Source of the DNA: Chloroflexota bacterium
GTDB lineage: Bacteria > Chloroflexota > Anaerolineae > Anaerolineales > UBA11858
Assembly (NCBI GenBank): GCA_018648225.1
Contig: JABGRQ010000077.1
Location: forward strand, 1,066 to 65,065
Direction: 5' to 3'
Length of the DNA: 64,000 nt
Numbering within the stretch: the first letter of the stretch is position 1; every line of letters starts with the position of its first letter. The notes beneath the pieces were generated by a model. The model saw only the letters and a list, made by a program, of their open reading frames with translations, did not search any database and was not told where the DNA came from. Made by a program: the position numbers and the translations under genes. Positions 1-9,409 of the stretch are shown piece after piece.

Positions 1-3000
1 GATAGCCGGGGATTAGACACACTGATTTCAGCGCGTGAGGCATTGCCACAAGTGCCCGTTATCGTGTTGACCGGCCTCGAAGACGAAGCGCTGGCGTTGC
101 AGGCTGTACAGAGCGGGGCGCAAGATTATCTGGTCAAAGGCGAATTTGACGCCAAATTTCTTGCCAGAGCCATCAGCTATGCGCACGAGCGGCACCAGTT
201 AAAACAACGCTTGCTGGAAATCTCAATTACGGATGACCTGACCGGCCTGAATAATCGCCGGGGTTTCACGACATTATCTGAACAGCAGATTCGGGTTGCG
301 CGCCGCGCACAAACCGATCTGTTGTTCTTCTTCATTGATGTGGATGGTCTCAAGAAGATCAACGACCTGCATGGGCATTCGATGGGTGACCGTGCCCTCT
401 TGGCAACCGCTCAGATTTTGCGAAAAACCTTCCGCCAGGCCGATATTATTGGGCGTTTGGCGGGGGATGAATTTGCAGTTTTGGCGATTCATTCTCATGA
501 AAATCATAAAGACCTGCTTCTGGATCGCCTGGAGCAGGAGCGGCAAGCCTACCATGTTGATTGTCGGGAACCTTTTCAATTGAGTTTTAGCATTGGCATT
601 GCCGAGTGGTCGGTTTTGCTGCCGCGTTCCCTGGAAGTATTGATGGGTGAAGCCGATGCCGCCATGTACGCCCACAAGGGCGAGAAGAAACTGCGTTCAA
701 ATTTGGGGATCGATGGAAGTTTACTTGACCTGGCTGTTCAAGTGGAATCTGCCAGCGGAGCAACCCCCGCTGATGCCGAACCGTCCTCCAAGTTGATTCT
801 GTTGGTGGAAGATAATCCCGCCGATGCGCGCCTGCTCCAGGTGTATCTGGAAGAAATTGCAGACAACGACTATCAACTGCACCATGCGGTCCGTCTGGCA
901 GATGCCCGAGAGCTGCTTCAGCAGCATCATTATGCCATCATCTTGCTCGATTTATCGCTCCCCGATAGCCGCGGGCTGGAAACCATTGAAATAATGATTT
1001 CTGCCGCCGGAAATGTGCCCATCGTTGTGATGACAGGTCTGGACGACCAACAACTGGCGACGAGCGCTTTACAATTGGGCGCGCAAGATTATTTGCTCAA
1101 AGGCGGCTATGACGAAATATCGCTCAGCCGTTCGCTCACGTTTGCGATGGAACGCAACAGCTTGCGCACCCAAAACCTGAAATATGCGCGCCAGTTGCGG
1201 CAAAGTGAGGCACGTTTTCGCCGCATCATTACCGAGAGCGGCGATGGCATTCTGATACTCGACCAGCAGAAGACTGTTCTTTTCGCCAACCCCTCAGCTG
1301 AAAAAATATTCGGCACAAACGGCAGCAGTTTACAGGGCACATTGCTTGATGTCAGCTTGGAGGAAGGCGACATCATTGAGCTGGCGCATAACGGCGGCGC
1401 TCAACCGCCATTCTTTGTTGATGCCCGGTATGTAGACATTCCCTGGCAGGGTCAGCCGGCAATTCTGGCGACAGTGCGCGATATCACGGAATCCGTGTTA
1501 GCCCAAAAGGCTATTCAGTTGCAGGCGGAAGATTTAGGGCTAATTAATGATATTAACCACGCCCTCAATCAGGGCGCCACGATTGAAAACCTCCTGGGGG
1601 TGTTGAATGAAGGTACAAAGCGCATTTTCCAGGGCTATAGCGCCACAATATATTTACTGAGTGAAGATCGGCAATATCTTTGTCCGCAGCATTTTGCCCT
1701 TCCGGGGAAGATTGCCGAACGTATTTCCAGGTTCCTGGGCATCGACATTCCGGAAGTGCGGATTCCAATTCGCGAGGGTAGTTTGGTCGAAAAAATGCTC
1801 TATGGCAAGAAAATCAGTGTGCTGGATGGCGAAGATGATCTGCTCACTTACTTGAAAGAATATCTGAATACGCCAACGCTACCGGAGAGTGCGCGGGCAT
1901 TGATTGGTAAACGGCTCCCGAAAATATTGAAACTCCTGGACTTGAAGGTTGCCGTCTTCGCGCCAATGATTTCGGACGGCGAAGTGATTGGCGCGCTGGA
2001 TATTGGCGCGGCGCAACCGTTTTCAGCCGAAGAGATTGAGCGTGTCGCCATGATAGCGCGCCAAATTACTTCGGCGATCGCGCGCGTGCTGGCAGATGAT
2101 CGCTTAAAAGAACTCAGCCAGCGTCACCATTTGATTCTCAATTCGGCTGGCGAGGGCATTATTGGCGTAAACCTGGAGAATACGATCACCTTTGCAAACG
2201 CCTCCGCAGCTCAACTTCTGGGGTACGCTCCTGAAGAACTGGTTGGGCAAAATCTGCATACGATCGTGCATCCTGCTTTGGCCGCTGGTGATACTTTTCC
2301 AGTATCCGCCCCCATCTGCATTTCAACTTTAAACGGGCGGCCAGTTTCCGACGAACAGGATGTCTTTTGGCGCAGCGACGGCAGCTCGTTTTTGGTAGCC
2401 TATGCCAGCAATCCGATCATTTTCAATCAGCAGATTTTGGGCGCCGTGCTCACCTTCAGCGATATCACCGAAAAACTGCATTCTGAAGAGCAATTGCGTT
2501 TGCAGGCGGCAGCTTTAAATTCGGCAGCCAACGCCGTTCTGATCGCAGACGCCCAAGGGGAAGTGATTTGGGCCAATCCAGCGTTCTCAGATCTAACGGG
2601 GTATGATGTGGCTGAAGTGCTGGGCCAAAATCCGCGTGTTCTGAAATCAGGCGAACACGACGAGTCGTTCTACCAGCAAATGTGGTCAACGATTACCGGC
2701 GGCAATGTTTGGGCGGGCGAAATTATCAACCAGAACAAGAGCGGAAATCACTACCATGAAGAAATGACAATTACGCCGCTTACCGATGAGCGTGGTGAAA
2801 TTACGCATTTTATTGCCATCAAACAAGATATTACCGCCCGCAAGCGAACCGAGAGTACATTGCAGCAGCAATTGAATGAGTTGAGCGTTATGCACAAGAT
2901 CGCCATAGCAGGTATGGAAGCCAACAGCGAAGAAAATTTAATTGCTCAGTTCGTGAATATTCTGGGAGAGAAAGTTTATTCGGATCATTTTACAGTGCTG

Positions 3001-4962
3001 CTCATGGAACCCGATCAGCAGCGTTTGCGAGTGTATGCGACGTATTGTGAGGGAGTTCTGACACAGGATGATGAAATATTTGTCAGTATAGGGAATGGCG
3101 TGGTAGGGACGGTGGCGCAAAATGGCAAACCCGGCCGCATTGATGATGTGCGTGAGTGTGAAAATTATATTGAGCTGAATCCCGATATTCGTTCAGAGCT
3201 ATGCGTGCCCATGCTGGTGGGTGAACGTGTATTCGGCGTGTTGAACGCCGAGAGCGAAAAGGAAAGCGCATTTACGGCAGCGGATGAACGGTTTTTAATG
3301 ACGACAGCCAGCCAACTGGCAATCGTTTTACAGAATTTGCGCCTGAACGCTGAAACCCAAAAACGGGCCTTCGAAATGGAGCGTTTGTATCGGGCATCAG
3401 GATCATTATTTACTACGGCGCCGAATGACCTGGAAAGTATAAGTCTGACGATTGTGGAAACACTGCGCTCGGAGTTTGGGCAATCGAATTGCAGTTTGTT
3501 GTTGATTGAACCCAAAACGAGAGCGCTAAAACGCCTGGCAGCCGTTGGCCCTTATGCGAAAGAAGTCTCGAGTGGCAAAGCGTTGTATTTAGATGGCCCT
3601 GGGCTGGCTCCGACCGCGGCTCGGGAACAGCGAATTATCAATATCGGCGATGTGACTCAGCAACCCAATTATGTGCCCAATTGGGCGGCGGCGCGTTCCG
3701 AAATGGCAATTCCGTTAATCGTCAACGGTGAAGTTATCGGGATAATTGATATTCAAAGCGCAGAGATCAATGCCTTTCAAAAAGACGATGAACGCCTGGT
3801 TTCTGTTTTTGCAGAGCGTGCTGCACTGGCGCTGGAAAATACACGTCTTTATGATGGACAACAACAGCAACTGGCTTTCCTGAACGCGTTGCACCAAATC
3901 GACCTGGCGATCACCGGCAGCATGGATTTGCAAGTTGTATTGGGCGTTGTTTTGCGCCACGTAAAAACAGAACTCGCCGCCGACGCGGCCAATATCATTC
4001 TGCTCGATTCGGCTACAGCTTCCTTTAAATTGGTTGCGCACGAGGGCTATCGGGAACGAAATTCTCACCTGCAAAATATTCGTTACACCAATAGCCTGGG
4101 TGCCGATATTGTCATGCAGGGAAAATCAATGCACTCAAAAGATATCCAGCAAGCGTGTGTAAACCCTGAGCGCAAAGCCATTTTTGAGCGAGAAGGTTTG
4201 CATGGTTATTATGGTACGCCCCTGATTGCAAAAGGTGAAATCAAAGGCGTGTTGGAATTGTTGTTTAAACAACAGGATTTTGAGCTTGACCATCAATGGC
4301 AGTATTTTGCTGATACGATCGCGACTCAGGCGGCGATTGCGGTAGATAATGCGAATCTTTTTGAAAAGCTGGAACATTCCAATATGGAACTTTCTTTGGC
4401 ATACGATACTACCCTGGAGGGTTGGGCCAAAGCCCTGGAACTACGCGATCAGGAAACCGAAGGTCATTCCCGCAGAGTGACCGAATTGGCTGTGAAATTG
4501 GGACGCGCGATGAATGTGCAAGGTGCCGATATGATCCAACTGCGGCGGGGAGCGATCCTGCACGATATTGGCAAAATGGGTGTTCCCGACCATATCCTTC
4601 AAAAACCCGGCCCGCTGACAGATGAAGAATGGGAAATTATGCGTTTGCACCCCGTATATGCTTACGAATGGTTGCGTTCGATTCGCTATTTGCAGCCTGC
4701 CCTGGATATTCCTCATTACCATCACGAACGCTGGGATGGCAGCGGGTATCCGGAAGGGCTGCGCGGCGAGCAAATTCCTAAGGCGGCGCGCCTCTTTGCC
4801 ATTGTGGATGTCTGGGACGCGCTGCGCTCCGACAGACCCTATCGCAAAGCCTGGACGCATCAAAAAGCGATTGAACATTTGAAAAAACAATCCGGTTCTC
4901 ATTTTGATCCAGCGGTTGTCGTATCCTTTCTCGCGATCATTGATTCTCAACCTGAGATTTAA
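1..4962 (+). CDS. Multidomain c-di-GMP signalling protein, 5'-truncated by window edge: REC(partial)-GGDEF-REC-PAS-GAF-PAS-PAS-GAF-GAF-GAF-HD-GYP
   Basis: Frame 1 is open from nt 1. The track start at 43 is a TTG inside a receiver domain (PVIVLTGLEDEALALQAVQSGAQDYLVKG). The GGDEF-type domain has an RQAD I-site and an AGDEF active-site variant (nt 460-474). A second receiver reads LLVEDNPADARLL...LLDLSLPD. The C-terminus has HDIGKMGVP and HHERWDGSGYPEGL (HD-GYP). Confidence 0.9.
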   Translation, partial: DSRGLDTLISAREALPQVPVIVLTGLEDEALALQAVQSGAQDYLVKGEFDAKFLARAISYAHERHQLKQRLLEISITDDLTGLNNRRGFTTLSEQQIRVARRAQTDLLFFFIDVDGLKKINDLHGHSMGDRALLATAQILRKTFRQADIIGRLAGDEFAVLAIHSHENHKDLLLDRLEQERQAYHVDCREPFQLSFSIGIAEWSVLLPRSLEVLMGEADAAMYAHKGEKKLRSNLGIDGSLLDLAVQVESASGATPADAEPSSKLILLVEDNPADARLLQVYLEEIADNDYQLHHAVRLADARELLQQHHYAIILLDLSLPDSRGLETIEIMISAAGNVPIVVMTGLDDQQLATSALQLGAQDYLLKGGYDEISLSRSLTFAMERNSLRTQNLKYARQLRQSEARFRRIITESGDGILILDQQKTVLFANPSAEKIFGTNGSSLQGTLLDVSLEEGDIIELAHNGGAQPPFFVDARYVDIPWQGQPAILATVRDITESVLAQKAIQLQAEDLGLINDINHALNQGATIENLLGVLNEGTKRIFQGYSATIYLLSEDRQYLCPQHFALPGKIAERISRFLGIDIPEVRIPIREGSLVEKMLYGKKISVLDGEDDLLTYLKEYLNTPTLPESARALIGKRLPKILKLLDLKVAVFAPMISDGEVIGALDIGAAQPFSAEEIERVAMIARQITSAIARVLADDRLKELSQRHHLILNSAGEGIIGVNLENTITFANASAAQLLGYAPEELVGQNLHTIVHPALAAGDTFPVSAPICISTLNGRPVSDEQDVFWRSDGSSFLVAYASNPIIFNQQILGAVLTFSDITEKLHSEEQLRLQAAALNSAANAVLIADAQGEVIWANPAFSDLTGYDVAEVLGQNPRVLKSGEHDESFYQQMWSTITGGNVWAGEIINQNKSGNHYHEEMTITPLTDERGEITHFIAIKQDITARKRTESTLQQQLNELSVMHKIAIAGMEANSEENLIAQFVNILGEKVYSDHFTVLLMEPDQQRLRVYATYCEGVLTQDDEIFVSIGNGVVGTVAQNGKPGRIDDVRECENYIELNPDIRSELCVPMLVGERVFGVLNAESEKESAFTAADERFLMTTASQLAIVLQNLRLNAETQKRAFEMERLYRASGSLFTTAPNDLESISLTIVETLRSEFGQSNCSLLLIEPKTRALKRLAAVGPYAKEVSSGKALYLDGPGLAPTAAREQRIINIGDVTQQPNYVPNWAAARSEMAIPLIVNGEVIGIIDIQSAEINAFQKDDERLVSVFAERAALALENTRLYDGQQQQLAFLNALHQIDLAITGSMDLQVVLGVVLRHVKTELAADAANIILLDSATASFKLVAHEGYRERNSHLQNIRYTNSLGADIVMQGKSMHSKDIQQACVNPERKAIFEREGLHGYYGTPLIAKGEIKGVLELLFKQQDFELDHQWQYFADTIATQAAIAVDNANLFEKLEHSNMELSLAYDTTLEGWAKALELRDQETEGHSRRVTELAVKLGRAMNVQGADMIQLRRGAILHDIGKMGVPDHILQKPGPLTDEEWEIMRLHPVYAYEWLRSIRYLQPALDIPHYHHERWDGSGYPEGLRGEQIPKAARLFAIVDVWDALRSDRPYRKAWTHQKAIEHLKKQSGSHFDPAVVVSFLAIIDSQPEI

Positions 4963-4969
4963 ATGGTTC

Positions 4970-5050
4970 TCAGGGAATCCATCCGAGAATCATTTTGGAA
5001 AAAGCTCAAAAAAGGTCATTCTGACGAGTGCAGCGAGGAAGAATCCCTGA
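4970..5050. repeat. GTCATTC...GAATCCC family palindromic repeat (imperfect hairpin) just after the stop codon
   Basis: GTCATTCTGACGAGTGCAGCGAGGAAGAATCCCTGA at 5015-5050 is opposed by a truncated inverted arm TCAGGGAATCC...GAGAATCAT at 4970-4996. It is homologous to the copies at 8754, 32064 and 32147. Confidence 0.7.
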
Positions 5051-5126
5051 AAATGTACGAAAAGCTGGGTGGCGGATGTCATCCAACTCGAAGTTTTTCT
5101 ATATACAGATGGATTTGGAGGAAGTT

Positions 5127-6110
5127 ATGTCGAAATATTTTGTCGCTTCTTTGCTTGTGCTCTTGTTGGTTTTTGGGCTTGCGGCTTGCTCCGTTTTTTC
5201 ACCCCCACGCTCAATTACCGTTGGTATGGTCAATTCCATTGAATCCGCAGACCCGGCCATTGAAGGATTTATGGCCGGGATGGAAAACCTGGGATTTACC
5301 AGCGGTGAAAATATAACCTACATCTACGCCGGGGTAATGGGCGAACCGGATGAAATGGCAGCTCAGGTTGAGGAATTCATCGCCGCAGATGTCGATATGA
5401 TTTTTTCGGTGACCACAGATGCTTCGACAGCGGTGATGGAAGCGAACCAGGCCGCCCAAATCCCTGTGGTTTTTGCTGCCGTGCGAGACCCGGTCGAGGC
5501 TGGTTTTGTGGAAAGCCTGATCCAGCCGGGAGGCAATATGACCGGTGTGCTGGCCAGTGGCGACGCGATCGAAAGTGGTAGGCGTCGCCTCGATTGGCTG
5601 GTGACGATGGTTCCAATTGCCCAAAAAATTTGGGTTCCCTATGAAGATTCAGATACGCTGGCTCCCACCGTGGAAGCGCTGGGAATCACAGCCGCCGACC
5701 TGGGCGTGGAACTTGTTTTATCGGCTGTTAGCACCCCCGAGCAGGTACTGGCTTTACTTGAAAATATTCCCGAAGATGTGGATGGCATCTACTATGTGGG
5801 TGGGCGCGCCTTTGTAGGTCTGACAGACCTGTACATCGAGAAAGCTCTGGCCGCGGGGTTGCCCATATCGGTCAATTATTGTAATGGTGCAAGGAATGGC
5901 GCGTTGACGGCCTTTTGTTCCGATTTTTATTCATCGGGCGTTCAGGCCGCGCGTATCGCCAGCCAGATTCTGGATGATATCGCGCCCTCGTCGATCCCGG
6001 TTGAACAACCGGAACTGCTGATGTTGATTAATTTGAATACAGCCAATCAAATTGGTTTGGATATCTCTGACGAAATCATCCAAATGGCAGACGAGATTAT
6101 CCGCGAGTAG
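5127..6110 (+). CDS. ABC-type substrate-binding lipoprotein (ABC_sub_bind / BMP-like family)
   Basis: GGAGG lies 6 nt before the ATG at 5127. Signal peptide plus lipobox (LLVFGLAACS). Family-typical IPVVFAAVRDPVEAGFVESLIQPGGNMTGV. The track start at 5028 is an unsupported extension. Confidence 0.8.
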   Translation: MSKYFVASLLVLLLVFGLAACSVFSPPRSITVGMVNSIESADPAIEGFMAGMENLGFTSGENITYIYAGVMGEPDEMAAQVEEFIAADVDMIFSVTTDASTAVMEANQAAQIPVVFAAVRDPVEAGFVESLIQPGGNMTGVLASGDAIESGRRRLDWLVTMVPIAQKIWVPYEDSDTLAPTVEALGITAADLGVELVLSAVSTPEQVLALLENIPEDVDGIYYVGGRAFVGLTDLYIEKALAAGLPISVNYCNGARNGALTAFCSDFYSSGVQAARIASQILDDIAPSSIPVEQPELLMLINLNTANQIGLDISDEIIQMADEIIRE

Positions 6111-6162
6111 CGGATTGTGCGAGTCATTCCTGGTGAAAGTCACCGGATTGAGGAGTCTCCTT

Positions 6163-8748
6163 GTGAAAAAAAACATTCGCTTACGGCTGACATTTTCTTT
6201 TCTGATATATTCCATCGTTCCTTTGCTCATTGCAGGCGGGTTGATCGCGCTGTATAGTTACTCGTTCCAACTGGATCAGGCTATAGAGCACCAGGGCCAT
6301 CGCGCCGAGGTCGTCGCGATCCGAACAACAGCTTTTCTTGAAGCATTGGAAATGCAATCGCATTTAGCCTTAAAGCTGGACTATTTCCCAACGATGAGCA
6401 ATGAGGAGATTACCCAAAAGCTGCGCCTTTTACAGGCTGGTGAAGATGCCTTTGTGGAACTTAGCTTGTTGTCAGCCAACGGAGAAGAGCGAGTGCGTGT
6501 GGCGAATAACGATGTGCGGCTCGAATCTGATCTGCGCGATTTTTCACAGGATGAAATATTTCTGACGCCGCTCCAAACCGGGGAAACGTATTATGGGATG
6601 GTACATTTTCATTCTGAAACCGGCGAACCTTTTATGAATATCGCCATACCGATCCAGAACGTGCGCACGGGGCTGGTGGATGGCGTGCTCAGCGCGGAGG
6701 TGCGTATTCGCGCTATCTGGGACATGATCGCCGAAATGAATGTTTCGCCGGATAATAATTTCTATCTTGTGGGGCGCACGGGTGAAATGATTGCTCATCG
6801 CAACCCATCCATCGTTTTGCGGGGCACAACAATTGCTTTACCCGAAGACGATGGGATTACCACCGACCTGGATGGCTCCAGAGTGGTGAGAGGGCGCGCA
6901 AAGGTTATTTTGGGGGAGTCTGCCTGGACGGCGGTCTCGGAAAGCCCACTTTCATACGCGTTAAATCTAACCATTCGATTGGTGCTGGGTGTGGCTTTGC
7001 TCATGCTGATTGCCTTGTTAACATCAGCGTATTTGGGTTTTTCCATCGTGCGCCAGATCATTCGCCCGATTGAAAAATTTTCGCTGGCCGCGCAGCAGAT
7101 TTCGGCTGGCAATTTCTCGCAGCGTGTTGATATTCATGGGGAAGATGAAATTGCCTCATTGGGCGTTTCTTTTAACAAAATGGCGACGGAGTTGTTAGGT
7201 TTATTTGGCTCGTTGGAAGAAAAAGTCGCCGAACGCACGCAGGCGTTGAAGGCCTCTCAACTGGCCGCCTTGCAAGTCAACGATGCGCTCAGGGCCAGTG
7301 AAGCGCGCCTGCAAGCGATTATGGATCATTCGCCCGCGCTGATATCGATTAAAGACCTGGATGGCAATATCATCCTGGCGAACCGCAAATTAGCCGATTT
7401 TGATATCCCGGCGCTGGATGATTATACCGGGCAAAATCTCTATGATCTATTTCATTTTGATACCGCCGAAGTGTTATGGCACAACGCCCTGGCCGCGCTG
7501 CAAGCCGGGGAGGTCGTTCAGGCTGAGGAGCGAATCCTTCATCGAGATAGCAGCGAGCATATTTATCTGACCACGAATTTCCCGCTGTTCCTCGAGCCGG
7601 ATCAACCCTTTGGCGTTGGGGGTATTTCCACCGACATCACAGATCGAAAAAAGATGGAGCAGCGCATTGCCGCGACTCTGGCATTTAATCAAAAGTTGAT
7701 CTCATCTTCACCTTTGGGAATTTCAGTTTATGATGCCACCGGCCAGTGCATTACGGCGAATGAAGCGGCTTCAACGATCGTTGGCGCAACGCTGGAGCAA
7801 ATCTTACAACAGAATATATATCACATCCAATCCTGGAAAAAATCAGGCTTGTTAGAGACTGCGAAAGCCGCCTTGCAAACCGGTTCGGATACCCGGCAGG
7901 AAGTTCATACCGCAAGCTCTTTTGATCAACAAGTCTGGCTGGACTGCCGTTTTATACCTTTCGATCAGGAAGATAACCGGCAATTGATGCTCATCATGGA
8001 TGATATTTCGGATCGAAAGCAGGCCGCCCAAAAATTAGCTGAAAAAGCCCAGGAACTTTCTCGCTCGAACGCCGAACTGGAACAATTCGCCTATGTGGCC
8101 TCCCACGATCTTCAGGAACCCCTGCGTATGGTCTCCAGTTATTTGCAACTGATTGAACGCCGCTATACCGATAAACTGGATGAGGCGGGTCTTGAATTTA
8201 TTGCTTTTGCTGTGGATGGGGCGGCGCGCATGAAACAGCTTATCAATGATTTACTCGCCTTCTCGCGCGTTGGAACGCGCGGGGCACCACTAAAGAAAAC
8301 ACATCTGGATGATGTTTTAGGGAAAGTGCATATTAATTTGCAGCCGTTACTGGAAGAACACCGCGGCATTATTTTAGTAGAAGAATTGCCCATAGTTTAT
8401 GCCGATGAAAACCAGATGACGCAACTTTTCCAGAATATGATTGGGAATGCACTCAAGTTTCATGACAGCACCCCCCCACGCATTGAAATTGGCGCTGAAA
8501 GGAAGGCCGATCACTGGCAGATTCATATCAGGGATAATGGCATTGGGATTGATCCCCAGTATCAGGAACGCATTTTTGCCATTTTCGAGCGATTGCATAC
8601 CGCGCAAGAATACAAAGGAACGGGCATCGGACTCGCCATTTGTAAGCGTATCGTTGAACGGCATAATGGGCGCATCTGGGTAGAGTCGAACCTCGGAGAA
8701 GGGGCTACGTTTTATTTCACCCTGCCCATATTGCAGGAAACTGAATAA
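6163..8748 (+). CDS. Sensor histidine kinase (TM - extracytoplasmic domain - TM - HAMP - PAS - PAS - HisKA - HATPase)
   Basis: GTG at 6163 follows GAGGAG. HAMP (RPIEKFSLAAQQISAGNFSQRV...NKMATEL), H-box FAYVASHDLQEPLRM, and N/G boxes (QNMIGNALKF, DNGIGID, GTGIGLAICK). Confidence 0.85.
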   Translation: MKKNIRLRLTFSFLIYSIVPLLIAGGLIALYSYSFQLDQAIEHQGHRAEVVAIRTTAFLEALEMQSHLALKLDYFPTMSNEEITQKLRLLQAGEDAFVELSLLSANGEERVRVANNDVRLESDLRDFSQDEIFLTPLQTGETYYGMVHFHSETGEPFMNIAIPIQNVRTGLVDGVLSAEVRIRAIWDMIAEMNVSPDNNFYLVGRTGEMIAHRNPSIVLRGTTIALPEDDGITTDLDGSRVVRGRAKVILGESAWTAVSESPLSYALNLTIRLVLGVALLMLIALLTSAYLGFSIVRQIIRPIEKFSLAAQQISAGNFSQRVDIHGEDEIASLGVSFNKMATELLGLFGSLEEKVAERTQALKASQLAALQVNDALRASEARLQAIMDHSPALISIKDLDGNIILANRKLADFDIPALDDYTGQNLYDLFHFDTAEVLWHNALAALQAGEVVQAEERILHRDSSEHIYLTTNFPLFLEPDQPFGVGGISTDITDRKKMEQRIAATLAFNQKLISSSPLGISVYDATGQCITANEAASTIVGATLEQILQQNIYHIQSWKKSGLLETAKAALQTGSDTRQEVHTASSFDQQVWLDCRFIPFDQEDNRQLMLIMDDISDRKQAAQKLAEKAQELSRSNAELEQFAYVASHDLQEPLRMVSSYLQLIERRYTDKLDEAGLEFIAFAVDGAARMKQLINDLLAFSRVGTRGAPLKKTHLDDVLGKVHINLQPLLEEHRGIILVEELPIVYADENQMTQLFQNMIGNALKFHDSTPPRIEIGAERKADHWQIHIRDNGIGIDPQYQERIFAIFERLHTAQEYKGTGIGLAICKRIVERHNGRIWVESNLGEGATFYFTLPILQETE

Positions 8749-8753
8749 ATGAT

Positions 8754-8910
8754 GTCATTTCGAGCCGCTTTGCGGCGAGAAATCCCTGCACAACTGGTTG
8801 CTAAATCAGGTTCTCGGGGATTCTTCGGCCGCTGCGGGGTCTCACACCGTCCCGAGGCCGTCTCGCACCGGCGTGCTCGCGGCACGAACGGTGTCCTTCG
8901 GGAGCATGAC
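8754..8910. repeat. Composite GTCAT...GAAATCCC family palindromic repeat in the kinase-regulator spacer
   Basis: GTCATTTCGAGCCGCTTTGCGGCGAGAAATCCC at 8754-8786, opposed by GGGGATTCTTCGGCCGCTGCGG and a terminal ...CTTCGGGAGCATGAC at 8890-8910. Confidence 0.7.
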
Positions 8911-8950
8911 AGTTTGAGCATACATTGTCAAGTTATGAAAAGGAGTAAAG

Positions 8951-9406
8951 ATGAGCGAGAAATCTAATGGCCGTCCTGTAGAATTATTATTAGTCGAAGA
9001 CAACCCCGGTGATGTGCGCCTGACCATCGAGGCCCTCAAAGAAGGCAAGGTGCGCAATAATTTACACGTTGTCGGTGATGGCACCGAAGCTCTGGCTTTT
9101 TTGCGCCACGAGGATAAATTTCAGAATTCAACTCGACCCGATCTGATTTTGCTGGATCTAAATTTGCCCCGCATGGATGGTCGTGAAGTGTTGGCGATCA
9201 TTAAAGAAGACCCGCATCTCAAACAAATTCCCGTCGTGATCCTGACCACATCCAAGGCCGAGGAAGATATCGTTAAATCCTATAACCTGCACGCCAACTG
9301 CTATATTGCCAAGCCCGTTGATCTTAACCAATTTCTGGAAGTTATCAAAGCCATTGAAGGTTTCTGGATGACGATTGTGAAATTACCCCCGGAAACTGAC
9401 AGTTAG
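8951..9406 (+). CDS. Single-domain CheY-like response regulator
   Basis: [22 protein letters not shown]...[17 protein letters not shown]...[11 protein letters not shown]...NCYIAKP receiver signature with no output domain. Confidence 0.9.
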   Translation: MSEKSNGRPVELLLVEDNPGDVRLTIEALKEGKVRNNLHVVGDGTEALAFLRHEDKFQNSTRPDLILLDLNLPRMDGREVLAIIKEDPHLKQIPVVILTTSKAEEDIVKSYNLHANCYIAKPVDLNQFLEVIKAIEGFWMTIVKLPPETDS

Positions 9407-9409
9407 GTT

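Noticed and set aside
8749-8967. 72-aa ORF in the kinase-regulator spacer, and small ORFs across other repeats (for example 13162-13364 and 12764-13303)
   Set aside because: They are translations of palindromic repeat DNA. Mirror-image peptides appear on both strands. They have no RBS and no sign of independent conservation.
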